From: Candidatus Hydrothermales bacterium | GTDB lineage: Bacteria > Hydrothermota > Hydrothermia > Hydrothermales > JAJRUZ01 | DNA length: 60,232 nucleotides | Assembly: GCA_039630575.1 (NCBI GenBank) | Contig: JBCNUW010000012.1 | Coordinates: 1 to 60,232, forward strand | Reading direction: 5' to 3' | In this document: piece after piece, positions 28,702 to 39,445 of the stretch | Layout of the letters: every line of letters starts with the position of its first letter | Position numbering within the stretch: the stretch's first letter is position 1 | Notes under the pieces: generated by a model | What the model was told of the DNA's origin: nothing | Seen by the model: the letters and a program-made list of their open reading frames with translations, nothing else | The model's database searches: none | Made by a program: the position numbers and the translations under genes

Positions 28702-29637
28702 ATGATCGAAGTTATAAACCTTTATAAGTACTACGGTGAAGAGCCTGCTATCCAAGGTATATCCTTTAACGTAGAAAAAGGTGAAATCTTGGGATTCCTT
28801 GGACCAAACGGAGCAGGTAAAACAACGACACTGAGAATAATAACAGGATATCTATACCCAACAAAGGGAGAAGTACTTATTGACGGAAAAAAGTTAACTC
28901 AAGATCCCTTATACTGCAAAAAAAAATTAGGTTACCTTCCAGAAGATAACCCCCTTTACACAGATCTAACTCCAAGAGAGTATTTAACTTTCTGTGCAAA
29001 CGCAAGGGGTATAGAAGAGAAAAAGAAAAAACTTGATGAAGTTATGGAAAAAACTCAAATAAAGGAAGTATGGGAAAAGCCCATAGGAGAATTATCTAAG
29101 GGTTATAGACAGAGAGTTGGCATAGCACAAGCCCTTTTACATGACCCTGATGTTCTTATAATGGATGAACCTACAACAGGTCTTGATCCAGTTCAAATAA
29201 TTGAAATAAGAAATCTGATTAAAGAGCTATCTAAGGAAAAAACAATTCTCCTTTCAACCCATATTCTTCCAGAAGTAGAAATGCTTGCTTCAAGAGTTAT
29301 AATCATTCATAAAGGAATAATAAGAGCTGAAGGGAAGCCTTATGAGCTTTCAAGAAAATTTAAATCTAAAGAAATATACTTTGTCTTAAAGGGTGACGAA
29401 AAGGAAATAAGGGAAAAAATAAATAAATTAGATTTTGTTGCCTCCTATGAAATTGAAAAGAAAGAGGACGGTATTCATGGAAAATTCATTCCAAAAGAAA
29501 ACGACGATGTAAGAGAAAAATTTGCCAAATTTGCCTATGAAAACAAATTTTTAATTTTAGAACTCTATTCAAAATCCCTTGGACTTGAAGAAATTTTCAT
29601 TGAATTAACAAAGGAGGAGAAAAGTGAAAGGAATTAA
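28702..29637 (+). CDS. ABC transporter ATPase, GldA-like
   Basis: GPNGAGKTT, GYLPEDNPLY, LSKGYRQRVG, DEPTTGLDPVQI, STHIL. Confidence 0.9.
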   Translation: MIEVINLYKYYGEEPAIQGISFNVEKGEILGFLGPNGAGKTTTLRIITGYLYPTKGEVLIDGKKLTQDPLYCKKKLGYLPEDNPLYTDLTPREYLTFCANARGIEEKKKKLDEVMEKTQIKEVWEKPIGELSKGYRQRVGIAQALLHDPDVLIMDEPTTGLDPVQIIEIRNLIKELSKEKTILLSTHILPEVEMLASRVIIIHKGIIRAEGKPYELSRKFKSKEIYFVLKGDEKEIREKINKLDFVASYEIEKKEDGIHGKFIPKENDDVREKFAKFAYENKFLILELYSKSLGLEEIFIELTKEEKSERN

Positions 29638-30334
29638 AGCAATATTTGTGAAAGAATTTCTATCGTATTTTAACTCAACTATAGGATACCTCTGGCTTGT
29701 TGTATTTATTGGTCTCAATTTCTGGCTTTTTTTTAGAGGTTTCTTTCTTATGCCTGAAGCGGATTTAAGACCTATGTTTTCAATGTTCCCTGTTCTCTTT
29801 ATAATTTTTATTCCAGCAATCACAATGAGACTTTGGGCTGAAGAAAAAAAACTTGGGACACTTGAAATCCTTTTCTCCTTACCTCTCAGAACTGAAGAAA
29901 TAATACTTGGAAAATTTCTTGCTGCAGTTTCCTTCTTTGGAATATCTCTCCTTTTAACATTTCCACTACCTTTTATTCTCTCCTTTTTAGGCAATTTAGA
30001 TTGGGGAAGTGTTATATCAGGTTATATAGGCTCCTTTCTCTTTGGATCAACCTTAATCTCGTTAGGGATGTTTCTATCCGGATTTACAAGAAATCAAATC
30101 GTAGCCTTCATCTTAGCAGCTTCACTTTCTTTTCTTTTATATATAATTGGTGAAGAAGTTATCCTATCCTTTCTCACAGGCTTCTGGGCAGACTTTTTTT
30201 CAACCCTTTCTGTTAAAACACATTTTGAAAGTATTGTAAGAGGAGTAATTGATCTTAGAGATATTGTTTATTATCTTTCTTTTATTATATTTTTTATATA
30301 TGCTAACTATTTACACCTGGAGGTTGCAAGATGA
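29624..30334 (+). CDS. ABC-2 permease, GldF-like
   Basis: KEF.SYFNS, PAITMRLWAEEKKLGTLE, TRNQIVAF, RGVIDLRDIVYY. Confidence 0.88.
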   Translation: MKGIKAIFVKEFLSYFNSTIGYLWLVVFIGLNFWLFFRGFFLMPEADLRPMFSMFPVLFIIFIPAITMRLWAEEKKLGTLEILFSLPLRTEEIILGKFLAAVSFFGISLLLTFPLPFILSFLGNLDWGSVISGYIGSFLFGSTLISLGMFLSGFTRNQIVAFILAASLSFLLYIIGEEVILSFLTGFWADFFSTLSVKTHFESIVRGVIDLRDIVYYLSFIIFFIYANYLHLEVAR

Positions 30335-31926
30335 AAAGAAAAAAAATCTTTTTAGCCTGTGGAGTTTTAGCACTTTTAAATCTTTTTCTCTTAAATATAT
30401 TTCTGAGAAACTTTGTATATAGAATTGACCTCTCACAAAAAAAGATATACACTCTTCATCCTGTATCTAAAGATGTATTAAAAAATCTTAAAGACTACCT
30501 GAACATAGAAATTTATATGTCTAGCAAACTTCCTGCTGAAATGAACCCCCACAAACAGGATTTATTTGATTTACTTGAAGAATACAGAAATTATTCAAAA
30601 GGACTTCTAAAGTATGCTGTTTATTATCCTGATAAAAACAAAGACATAGAGTTAAAAGTAAGAAGAATTGGTATACCGGAAATAACCTTCAATGTGGTTG
30701 AAAAAGATCAGGTTAAAGTTGTAAATGGTAACTTCGGTCTTGCTATATTTTACAGAGACAAAAAAGAAATTATACCTATCATTACAGAAACAGAAAACCT
30801 AGAGTACGATCTTACCTCAAAAATTCTCAAATTGATAGAAGGAGAAAACATAAAAACTGTTGGAATGTTATTTCTTGGACAAAAGCAGGAAAATTATTCA
30901 ATAATTAAAAGAGAGCTTGAAAAAATTTTCAATATTCGAATTTTATCACCTATAACAAAAATTTCTGAAGATATAAATGTCCTTTTGGTCTTCGGAATTA
31001 AAAAACTTTTACCCAAAGAACTTTATAATTTAGATCAATTTATAATGAAAGGGGGAAAAGTCATTTTCTTCTTACAACCAGTTGAGATAAATTATGAAAA
31101 CTTTATAGCTAAACCACTTTTTGAGAAAGATCTTGAATTTTTAAAAAATTACGGTATTCACCTTAAACCAAACATTGTTAAAGATCCAACTATACCTTTT
31201 ATCCCTATAATGGCCGGACAAAGAATTGTCTATATTCCCTATCACTATTTTGTAAAAATCACTCCAAAAGGTATAAAACATCACTTTGCTCGTGACCTTA
31301 CACAACTTGTACTCTTTTGGCCATCTGCTATAGATACACTTGAAAATAAAGACAAAGAATTTAAGTATATACCTATAATAACAAGTACTGATAAAGCTTA
31401 CAGAAAAGATGGGAACTTTTCTATTCATCCCTTTATTCAAGAACCTCCTCCTATCCCAAGCGAAACAAAGAGGCATCTCCTTGCTGTTTTAGTAAGATCT
31501 AAATTTAAATCAGTTTTCACTACTGATACCAATCTTTTCAAAAATTGGACAGATATAACTCCATCAGATACTACAGGCTTTTTAAAAGAAACAAAAGATG
31601 AAAACACAATAATTTTTGTAGGGAACTCTATGCTTCTTGAAGATAACTTTATTACCATGTACAGAGACAATGGGCTATTCTTTATGAATATGGTAAATAC
31701 TTTAACACTTGGTAAAGACCTAACTCAGATAAAGGCAAGAGAGATAAAGGAAAGACCGATAGCTCCTTTAAATTCATTTCAAAAATTCTTATTACAAAAT
31801 GGAATCACTTTTGGAATCCCATTGTTAGTAGTAGTTTTTGGAATGATAAGATTTTCTCTTAGAAGAATTAAAAAGAGGAAATATATGGAGGAAAAAGTAG
31901 AAACAAAGGAGGAAAAAAATGATTGA
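30331..31926 (+). CDS. GldG-family ABC auxiliary component
   Basis: RIDLSQKKIYTL, LLEEY, LEYDLT, LDQFIMKGGK, C-terminal TM helix. Confidence 0.85.
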   Translation: MKRKKIFLACGVLALLNLFLLNIFLRNFVYRIDLSQKKIYTLHPVSKDVLKNLKDYLNIEIYMSSKLPAEMNPHKQDLFDLLEEYRNYSKGLLKYAVYYPDKNKDIELKVRRIGIPEITFNVVEKDQVKVVNGNFGLAIFYRDKKEIIPIITETENLEYDLTSKILKLIEGENIKTVGMLFLGQKQENYSIIKRELEKIFNIRILSPITKISEDINVLLVFGIKKLLPKELYNLDQFIMKGGKVIFFLQPVEINYENFIAKPLFEKDLEFLKNYGIHLKPNIVKDPTIPFIPIMAGQRIVYIPYHYFVKITPKGIKHHFARDLTQLVLFWPSAIDTLENKDKEFKYIPIITSTDKAYRKDGNFSIHPFIQEPPPIPSETKRHLLAVLVRSKFKSVFTTDTNLFKNWTDITPSDTTGFLKETKDENTIIFVGNSMLLEDNFITMYRDNGLFFMNMVNTLTLGKDLTQIKAREIKERPIAPLNSFQKFLLQNGITFGIPLLVVVFGMIRFSLRRIKKRKYMEEKVETKEEKND

Positions 31927-32872
31927 AAAACATCTCAGGTTCTTAAGCATCACTTTTATAATTCTTTTTATACTAACTGCAATAACAGAAAGCCCTTTTT
32001 TTAAGAGGGGAAAATTACCAAAAGAGATTGAAGTTTCAAGTGTATTTAAGGAGGAAAACATAGAAAAAATTACTCTTAAAAGAGGAGAAGAAAAACTTGA
32101 ATTAAGAAAACTAAACGGTATCTGGGTGGTAATGGAAGATACTCATCCAAGAACAGCTGATAAAGAAAGAATCATTCGTTTACTTGAGAATTTAAGTTCC
32201 CTTAAAGGCAAAGTTTACGGAAAAAGTGAATCTGAATATCCATACTATAATGTTGATGATAAAAATGGAACTTTTCTTGCACTGTTTGATAAAAGCGATA
32301 AAAAAATTTTTGAAATCATAGTAGGAAAACAGGGTGCAGATTTCTCAACAAATTTTGTCAGATTCCCTGGCAAAAAAGAAGTGTTACTTGTTGAAAAACC
32401 TATACAATCACATATGTATAGCTTACATCCCTCAAATTGGAGAAATAGAAAAATTACTGAATTTAAATACGAAGATGCCCAGAGAGTTGAATATAACGAT
32501 AAAGAACAGAGGTTTATGTTATATAAAGAAGGTGAAAGATGGGTTATTGATTCACCTGATTTAAATGCAGATCAGTCTAAAATTCAAAACTATGTAAGAA
32601 TGTTAAGCTCAGTTTTTTCACTTGGTTATATTGATACACTAAATATAAAAGAATACGATGGTAAAGAACCTTTCTTGACTATACTTATAACTCTTAAAAA
32701 TGGTGAAAAACAAGGTTTTAAAGTAGTAGAAAAGATAGATAAAGATAGGTATTTAATAAAAAAAGAAAATGATAACTATACACTATATACCCTTTCGACC
32801 CATTTTGTGGAAGTTTCATTAAAAAAAGAAAGAAACTGGTTTTTAGCTGAGGAGGTAAAGAGGCAAAACTAA
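31919..32872 (+). CDS. DUF4340-like protein
   Basis: N-terminal anchor, two repeats with W.V/W.I and AD motifs, WRNRKI; usual fourth gene of this operon type. Confidence 0.75.
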   Translation: MIEKHLRFLSITFIILFILTAITESPFFKRGKLPKEIEVSSVFKEENIEKITLKRGEEKLELRKLNGIWVVMEDTHPRTADKERIIRLLENLSSLKGKVYGKSESEYPYYNVDDKNGTFLALFDKSDKKIFEIIVGKQGADFSTNFVRFPGKKEVLLVEKPIQSHMYSLHPSNWRNRKITEFKYEDAQRVEYNDKEQRFMLYKEGERWVIDSPDLNADQSKIQNYVRMLSSVFSLGYIDTLNIKEYDGKEPFLTILITLKNGEKQGFKVVEKIDKDRYLIKKENDNYTLYTLSTHFVEVSLKKERNWFLAEEVKRQN

Positions 32873-32893
32873 TTTAAGATTTAAAATTAATAG

Positions 32894-34759
32894 ATGGTGA
32901 AAATTTTTGATGTAATAGTTATAGGTGGGGGACACGCAGGTTGTGAAGCAGCTCTTGCCTCAGCAAGAATGGGGGCCAAAACTCTCTTAATTACATTAAG
33001 AAAAGATAAGATAGCACAAATGTCCTGTAATCCGTCAATTGGAGGAGTTGGAAAAGCCCAACTTGTTAAAGAACTGGATGCATTAGGAGGTGAAATGGGA
33101 CTTGCTATAGATGATACAGGAACCCAATTTAGAACCCTAAACATAAAAAAGGGACCTGCGATGCATTCTCTAAGGGCAATAGCAGATAGAGAGGCATATA
33201 AAAAAAGGATGCAAGAAGCAATTTTTAATCAAAAAAATCTTTTTGTTATCCAAGATGAAGTTAAGGCTTTTTTAATAGAAGAAAAAAACAAAAGGAAAAT
33301 ATATAAGGGTGTCCTCACAATAAAGGATGAAAAATTCTATTCAAAGTCATGTGTTCTAACAACTGGGACATTCTTAAGAGGACTTATACACATTGGAAAG
33401 AAAAAAATAAAAGCAGGTAGAATGGGAGAAGATCCTTCTTACGAACTCTCTGAATTTTTAAAAAATTTGGGATTTCAAATGGGTAGATTAAAAACAGGAA
33501 CATCTCCAAGAATAGATTTGAAAACAATAGATTTTAGCTTAGCTCAGGAACAAAAGGGAGATGAACCTCCAAGAGGTTTTTCCTTTAGAAATAACTATTT
33601 AAATACTTTACAAATTCCAGCATGGATCACATACACAAATGAAGAAACTCATAAAATTGTTATGGAAAATTTAAATGAATGTCCACTTTTTACAGGAGAA
33701 ATAATAGGAATAGGTCCGAGGTATTGTCCCTCTATTGAACTTAAGGTAGTTAATTTTCCTCATAAGGATAGACACCAACTATTTCTTGAAATTGATGGTA
33801 GAGATTCGGAAATAGTCTATATAAGTGGTCTTTCCACATCTTTTTCAGAAGAAATTCAATATGAGATTTTAAAAACAATACCACCTTTAAGAAATGCTAA
33901 GATAGTTGTTCCAGGCTATGCTATAGAATATGACTTTGTAAATCCTTTAGAACTTGAACCATGGCTTGAAACAAAAAAAATAGAGGGTCTTTTTTTGGCT
34001 GGCCAGATAAATGGTACAACAGGTTACGAAGAGGCTGCTGCTCAAGGAATTTTGGCTGGAATAAATGCGAGTTTATACATAGATAAAAGGGAACCATTTG
34101 TAATAAAAAGGAATGAGGGTTATATTGGTGTAATGATAGATGACCTTGTAACAAAAGGCGTTGATGAACCTTACAGAATGTTCACTTCAAGAGTTGAATA
34201 TAGAATAACATTAAGACAAGACACAGCAGAAGAAAGAATGCTACCTTACGGATACAAATTTGGTCTAATAAGCGAAAAAGACTTTCTCAACTTTCAAGAG
34301 GAAAGAAAATTATTTAATGAGATAATTGAAAAACTGAAAAAAACACGAATAAAAAGAAAGGAAGCACAAAAATTAACCTCTGTTAGTGATTTACCTGAAT
34401 CAATAACCCTTTTTGAACTTGTAAAAAGAGAGAAAAACGTATATAACATTTTGGAAGAAAGAGGAATAATAAAAAAAGTTAAAGAAAAAATTAGAGAAAG
34501 AGTTTTAAGTGAAATTCACTATGAAGGTTATATTGAGAAAGAAAAAAGGGAAGCAAGTAGAGTAAGTAAGATAGAGTTAAGAGAAATACCTGAAAAGATT
34601 GACTTTTGGAAAATACCTAATGTTTCGTATGAGGCAAAGGAAAAATGGAGTAAAGTAAAACCAAAAACCTTTGCTCAAGCTATGAGAATTCCTGGAATAA
34701 GAATTACCGATGCACTTTCTCTTTATTACTACCTAAGAGAATCAAAGAAAGAATATTAG
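32894..34759 (+). CDS. mnmG: tRNA uridine-5-carboxymethylaminomethyl modification enzyme
   Basis: [60 protein letters not shown]. Confidence 0.97.
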   Translation: MVKIFDVIVIGGGHAGCEAALASARMGAKTLLITLRKDKIAQMSCNPSIGGVGKAQLVKELDALGGEMGLAIDDTGTQFRTLNIKKGPAMHSLRAIADREAYKKRMQEAIFNQKNLFVIQDEVKAFLIEEKNKRKIYKGVLTIKDEKFYSKSCVLTTGTFLRGLIHIGKKKIKAGRMGEDPSYELSEFLKNLGFQMGRLKTGTSPRIDLKTIDFSLAQEQKGDEPPRGFSFRNNYLNTLQIPAWITYTNEETHKIVMENLNECPLFTGEIIGIGPRYCPSIELKVVNFPHKDRHQLFLEIDGRDSEIVYISGLSTSFSEEIQYEILKTIPPLRNAKIVVPGYAIEYDFVNPLELEPWLETKKIEGLFLAGQINGTTGYEEAAAQGILAGINASLYIDKREPFVIKRNEGYIGVMIDDLVTKGVDEPYRMFTSRVEYRITLRQDTAEERMLPYGYKFGLISEKDFLNFQEERKLFNEIIEKLKKTRIKRKEAQKLTSVSDLPESITLFELVKREKNVYNILEERGIIKKVKEKIRERVLSEIHYEGYIEKEKREASRVSKIELREIPEKIDFWKIPNVSYEAKEKWSKVKPKTFAQAMRIPGIRITDALSLYYYLRESKKEY

Positions 34760-35343
34760 GGTTCCCAATTCAGTTTAATTTCAATATAGCCTTCCCCCTT
34801 TGCAATACTTTTGGTTATTTTACTTTTTAGGTTTTTTAAACCTTTTATTTTAAAAACTGAATAAATACCACCCTCTATTCTTTTCTCAAACTTGAAATCT
34901 TTAAAGGGAATGTTACTTAAAGAAAAAGTTGCCTTTCCCTTTTCAAAATTTAGCTCCTTAACCTCAAAATTTCCAAAATTAAAAAAAAATTTGTAACCAA
35001 ACTCAATAACATTATTTGTAAAACTTTTAAAATCTAAGGTATCTGCGATAACTTTAAAGGGACCTTCATAGGCTCTTTTAACAGAAAATTCCCCAATTCT
35101 AAACATAAGTTCTTCTATATCTTCTTTATAGATCTTACATAAGTAATCTATACTCTCAAAATAGGCTTTAATAGGATAATACTCGCTCTCTCCAATTTCT
35201 TGATTAAAAAATTTCATTAAATTAGCTGGAAGAAGACTTAAAAACTCCTTATAAAATTTTTCACCTAATTTCTCAACTATAAAGAATTTTAAACTGAAAA
35301 AAGCAAACCCTTTTATTTTTAAATTTTCATTTAGTTCCATCAA
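34756..35343 (-). CDS. Hypothetical protein, possibly H-NOX/V4R-like fold
   Basis: Full-length ORF; weak resemblance to DUF2378/V4R-like proteins; start TTG 35343 or ATG 35340. Confidence 0.55.
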   Translation of the reverse strand: MMELNENLKIKGFAFFSLKFFIVEKLGEKFYKEFLSLLPANLMKFFNQEIGESEYYPIKAYFESIDYLCKIYKEDIEELMFRIGEFSVKRAYEGPFKVIADTLDFKSFTNNVIEFGYKFFFNFGNFEVKELNFEKGKATFSLSNIPFKDFKFEKRIEGGIYSVFKIKGLKNLKSKITKSIAKGEGYIEIKLNWEP

Positions 35344-35352
35344 ACGCTTGAA

Positions 35353-35426
35353 TGCCCCCGGCGTGACTTGAACACGCGACCTGCAGTTTAGGAAACTGCC
35401 GCTCTATCCTCCTGAGCTACGGGGGC
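35353..35426 (-). tRNA. tRNA-Arg(CCT)
   Basis: Anticodon arm GCAGT-TTCCTAA-ACTGC; no CCA. Confidence 0.95.
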
Positions 35427-35433
35427 TTTTTTT

Positions 35434-35486
35434 ATTTTAAAAAAAATTCATAAATTTTGCAACTTTAACTTATAAAACTTTATAAA
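35434..35486. promoter_or_regulatory. Back-to-back promoters sharing palindromic -35 TTGCAA (35457-35462)
   Basis: Minus strand TTGCAA-N17-TAAAAT toward tRNA-Arg; plus strand TTGCAA-N18-TATAAA toward the 35492 gene. Confidence 0.55.
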
Positions 35487-35491
35487 TATGT

Positions 35492-35734
35492 ATGCAGAAA
35501 ATCACTGAAAATAATACAATTGAAGAAATTTTAGTCTTATACCCTCAAGCAATCAAAGTATTTCTAAAATACGGAATACCTGCAATATCCTGTGGTGAAC
35601 CCATTTGGGGAACAATCAAAGAAAATGCAGAAAAGTATGGAGTTAAAAATTTAAAAAATTTAATAGAAGAACTTAATGAAATTATAGAAAAAGGTTCTAA
35701 ACTAAACATCACCTTTGAAGATTCTACCCTCTAA
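35492..35734 (+). CDS. DUF1858-domain protein
   Basis: IT.N.TIEEIL..YP.A.KVF.KYG...C...TI.E.A..YG. Confidence 0.8.
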   Translation: MQKITENNTIEEILVLYPQAIKVFLKYGIPAISCGEPIWGTIKENAEKYGVKNLKNLIEELNEIIEKGSKLNITFEDSTL

Positions 35735-36373
35735 AATAATACCAGCAAAAGTCTCTCTAATTTTCTCTATTAAAACCTCAACTTCTCTACCAAGGAATTC
35801 AGAACCTCCCTTAACAATACAAGGTGTATCATCTTCAAGAAATCCTATACCTTCATCAAAATATCTACCCCTTCTTGAAATTTTTAGTTTTATCACTTCA
35901 CCCTTCTTTAGAGTTGGTTTAAATAATTTCACAATATCAGGAAAATAAATAAACTCTAATCCCTTTTCCTCAAAACTCCTTTTAAGTTCTCTGTTTGATA
36001 AAATAACTTTTGCCTTTCTTTTTCTTAACACAAAATTTTCAATATCAAAATTTACAATTTTCAAAAATCTATTTTTTTTCTTTTTTTCAAGATCTTTTAA
36101 ATAAAGTATAAATTTCTCTTTTGTTTCTTCATCCAAAGTTTTTATAAATTCCTTAAATTTTTCATAATCTGATTTTGATATAATTACTTTAAAATAAAAA
36201 AGGTCAGTTGAAAAAAGCTCAAGAAATCTGTGATCTTTTAATGTATCAAAATCCAGTACATAAAAAGGCACTTTTTCTTTTTTTCTAAAAACAAAATAAA
36301 TCAATAAAGCAACAAAAAAAATTAAGATTGCAATAACAGCATAATTTAAATAAAAAAACATATAGAGACTCAC
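35702..36373 (-). CDS. Membrane PIN/TRAM domain protein (YacL-like, degenerate PIN)
   Basis: TM helix; C-terminal GRYFDEGIGFLEDDTPCIV..G.EVEV TRAM domain; follows radA. Confidence 0.75.
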   Translation of the reverse strand: MSLYMFFYLNYAVIAILIFFVALLIYFVFRKKEKVPFYVLDFDTLKDHRFLELFSTDLFYFKVIISKSDYEKFKEFIKTLDEETKEKFILYLKDLEKKKKNRFLKIVNFDIENFVLRKRKAKVILSNRELKRSFEEKGLEFIYFPDIVKLFKPTLKKGEVIKLKISRRGRYFDEGIGFLEDDTPCIVKGGSEFLGREVEVLIEKIRETFAGIILEGRIFKGDV

Positions 36374-36374
36374 T

Positions 36375-37691
36375 TTAAAAAAAATTTTTTGAGACTTCCT
36401 TTAAGTTTCTAACCTTTAAAAGATCATCGTTAAAATTATCAAAGAAAGGAACAACACCTCTTTTAAAACCAATCCTTTTTGCCTCCTGTATTCTCCTTTT
36501 ATAGTTCCTTACATTCCTTATCTCACCTGCAAGACCTATTTCACCGAAACTGAAAAGCTTTTCAGGAAGTTCTTTACTTTTAAAAGATGAAATAACTGCA
36601 AGAGCAAGTGGAAGATCCCCAGCTGTTTCTGTAATTTTTATTCCACCTGTAACATTAACATAAACATCGTATTGATACAAAGGTAGTTGAATATACTTTT
36701 CTATTACTGTTAAAATCATAGAAAGTCTTCTAATATCATAACCCTGTGACTCTCTCTTTGGTACAGGAAAAAAAGTCTTTGAAACAAGAGCTTGAATCTG
36801 AACCATTATAACCCTTTTGCCCTCCATCATTGGGAAATAAGAAATACCCTCTGATTTAATATCCGACAGAAAAAGTCCCGATGGATCTTTAACTTCAATT
36901 AGACCTTCTTCTTTCATCTCAAAGATTCCAATTTCCTCAGTTGAACCAAATCTATTTTTAAAAGGTCTTAGTATTCTTAAACCTTCCTTTCTTTCTCCTT
37001 CAAGATATAAAACACAATCAACCATATGTTCAAGAGTTTTTGGTCCAGCTATCTCTCCAGTTTTTGTAACATGTCCTATAAGAAAAACTGCTATGTTTTC
37101 TCTTTTTGAAATTTTTAAAAAAAATGATCCTACGTCCCTTACCTGTGAAACACTACCTGGTGAACTTGGGTTTAAAGGATTATAAACTGTCTGAATTGAA
37201 TCGACTACTACAATATGAGGTTTTAATCCTCTAATTTCTTCCTCTATAGAATCAGTGTCTAAACTCTGAGAAATCCATATATTTTCACCCCTTACCTTTA
37301 TTCTTTCAGCCTTCATCTTTATCTGTTCCTTTGATTCCTCAGCTGATATAAAAAGAACTTTTTTTCCCTCCTGTGAAATTCTATCAACAATTGTAAGTAA
37401 AAGTGTGGTCTTACCTATTCCTGGGTCACCCCCAATAAGGTAAAGTCCTCCTTCTACAATTCCACCTCCCAAAACTCTATCAACTTCCTCTATTTTAGTT
37501 TCAATATAGTTTTTTGCTTTTATTTCAATTTCGTCAAACCTTAAAACTTTTGATTTTTCTGTTTCTTTTAAAACCTTACTTTTTATCTCCCTGAATGTAT
37601 CCCACGACTCACAGGAGGGACACTTCCCGAGCCACTTTGGAGACTCATAAAGGCAGTTTTCACAAACATAAATTATTTTTTCCTTTTTCAT
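36375..37691 (-). CDS. radA: DNA repair protein RadA/Sms
   Basis: C4 zinc finger, GDPGIGKT, GHVTK.GEIAGPK.LEH, KNRFG. Confidence 0.96.
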   Translation of the reverse strand: MKKEKIIYVCENCLYESPKWLGKCPSCESWDTFREIKSKVLKETEKSKVLRFDEIEIKAKNYIETKIEEVDRVLGGGIVEGGLYLIGGDPGIGKTTLLLTIVDRISQEGKKVLFISAEESKEQIKMKAERIKVRGENIWISQSLDTDSIEEEIRGLKPHIVVVDSIQTVYNPLNPSSPGSVSQVRDVGSFFLKISKRENIAVFLIGHVTKTGEIAGPKTLEHMVDCVLYLEGERKEGLRILRPFKNRFGSTEEIGIFEMKEEGLIEVKDPSGLFLSDIKSEGISYFPMMEGKRVIMVQIQALVSKTFFPVPKRESQGYDIRRLSMILTVIEKYIQLPLYQYDVYVNVTGGIKITETAGDLPLALAVISSFKSKELPEKLFSFGEIGLAGEIRNVRNYKRRIQEAKRIGFKRGVVPFFDNFNDDLLKVRNLKEVSKNFF

Positions 37692-37695
37692 TAAT

Positions 37696-38475
37696 TCAAA
37701 AAATTGAAAACTTAAAATACCTCCTTGGATCTTTCTTTATATCTCTTATGAGATCTTTAACCTCTTTTAAAAGTGAATCAACTTTTCTGTAAGTTGAGTC
37801 ATCAATTAAAAGTTTTTTTAAAGTACCGTTACTTTCCTCAACTTTTTTAAGTAGTGAATCAGCTCTCGTTATAAGTGCGTAAACATTTGAGATCTTTTCC
37901 ACAACAGAATTAATATTTTCTCCTGCTCCTTTCCAAGTTAAAAGAAATTCTGAAAGATCTTTGGATATATTTTTAAACTCCCTTAAAAGTTCTTCTCCAC
38001 CTAGTTTGTATGTTAAGATTAAAGTCTTGACCTCTTTCAAAAGTAAGTTAAGTGAATCAATAATTTTTTCTCCGGCAGATAGAAGGTTACCAAGATCCCA
38101 TCCTGTTTGGCCCTCTATACGAGTAAAAGGTGGAATTTCTTTTCCGTTTCCCTGTTTTATAACAAGTCTTTTTCTACCAAGGAAACCCTGGTTTTCAACT
38201 ATTATTTTTACTCCTTCTTTTAACTTAACCCCATCAACAAAAAATTTAATAATAACTTTGTCTTTTTCTATCCAAAGTTTTTCAACTCTACCCAAATTGA
38301 CACCCATAACTGTTACAAGATCTCCTCTTTCGAGCCATGAGGCATCAGGAACAACAGCTTCATAGTAATATCTATTTTTTGCTATTTTAAATTCAGTGAA
38401 GAAGACATAGAGAAAAACCAAAATAAAAAGTGAAGAAAGCACAAAAAGTCCTGAAAGTAATTTTCTTTTATCCAT
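37696..38475 (-). CDS. MCE/MlaD-family protein
   Basis: TM helix, MCE domain (G..V...GV..GRV, GFLG), helical tail GTL.KLL.D..Y..DIKKDPRRY. Confidence 0.85.
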   Translation of the reverse strand: MDKRKLLSGLFVLSSLFILVFLYVFFTEFKIAKNRYYYEAVVPDASWLERGDLVTVMGVNLGRVEKLWIEKDKVIIKFFVDGVKLKEGVKIIVENQGFLGRKRLVIKQGNGKEIPPFTRIEGQTGWDLGNLLSAGEKIIDSLNLLLKEVKTLILTYKLGGEELLREFKNISKDLSEFLLTWKGAGENINSVVEKISNVYALITRADSLLKKVEESNGTLKKLLIDDSTYRKVDSLLKEVKDLIRDIKKDPRRYFKFSIF

Positions 38476-38510
38476 TTGAATTTTAGATTATAAGGTTTTT
38501 AAAATAAAAA

Positions 38511-38966
38511 ATGAAAGAATTTCCTCCATTTATTTTAACAAGAGTAGAAGATGTTATAAATTGGGGAAGGAAATACAGTTTATGGCCTCTTACTTTTGGA
38601 CTTGCTTGTTGTGCAATAGAAATGATGGCTTCCACTGATCCTGTTTTTGATTTATCAAGATTTGGAGCCGAGGTTTTTAGGCCTTCGCCGAGACAAGCAG
38701 ATTTACTTATTATAGCTGGAACGGTTACTTTAAAAATTACACCGGTAATAAAAAGACTTTACGAGCAGATGCCTGAACCAAAATGGGTAATATCGATGGG
38801 AATCTGTGCTTCAACAGGTGGACCTTATTATAGAAGTTATTCTGTACTAAAAGGAATAGATAATGTAATTCCTGTAGATGTCTACGTACCTGGTTGTCCA
38901 CCAAGACCAGAGGCTCTTTTATATGCAATACAAAAACTTCAAGAAAAAATAACTAAAAAAACTTGA
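38511..38966 (+). CDS. nuoB: NADH-quinone oxidoreductase subunit B
   Basis: [34 protein letters not shown]. Confidence 0.95.
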   Translation: MKEFPPFILTRVEDVINWGRKYSLWPLTFGLACCAIEMMASTDPVFDLSRFGAEVFRPSPRQADLLIIAGTVTLKITPVIKRLYEQMPEPKWVISMGICASTGGPYYRSYSVLKGIDNVIPVDVYVPGCPPRPEALLYAIQKLQEKITKKT

Positions 38967-39445
38967 GCGAACTGATAAATTTAATTCAAGCAAAATTTAA
39001 AGAAGATAAAGTAGATATAAAAATAGAATTAAAAGATATTGTAACCTTAAACGTTAAAAAAGAAGATTTAATAAATGTTATAAAAAAGTTAAAAAATAGT
39101 GAGGAACTTTTATTTGATTATTTAGTTGATATTACAGCTTGCGACTATTTAGAGAAAGGACATTTTGAAATTATCTATACTCTTTTATCTTTTGCACGAA
39201 ATGAAAGGGTCAGAGTAAAAACAACTGTTGAAAGGGAAAAACCAGAAATAAACTCTATTACGTCAATTTACAAAGGAGCAAATTGGTTTGAAAGAGAAGT
39301 TTACGATCTTTTTGGAATAGTTTTTATAGATCATCCCAACTTAAAAAGAATACTTTTATGGGAAAAATTTCCCGGATATCCTTTGAGAAAAGATTTTCCT
39401 ATGGATAAGGATGTATCTCCTCCAGAAATTGAGGATATCTATTAA
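38963..39445 (+). CDS. nuoC: NADH-quinone oxidoreductase subunit C
   Basis: [29 protein letters not shown]. Confidence 0.93.
   Translation: MSELINLIQAKFKEDKVDIKIELKDIVTLNVKKEDLINVIKKLKNSEELLFDYLVDITACDYLEKGHFEIIYTLLSFARNERVRVKTTVEREKPEINSITSIYKGANWFEREVYDLFGIVFIDHPNLKRILLWEKFPGYPLRKDFPMDKDVSPPEIEDIY

Noticed and set aside
28567..28755. 62-aa minus-strand ORF
   Set aside because: Antisense shadow of tRNA-Ser and the ABC ATPase start
28702..32872. Gliding motility locus
   Set aside because: GldAFG-like ABC systems are widespread in non-gliding bacteria, and no gldKLMN or spr genes are here
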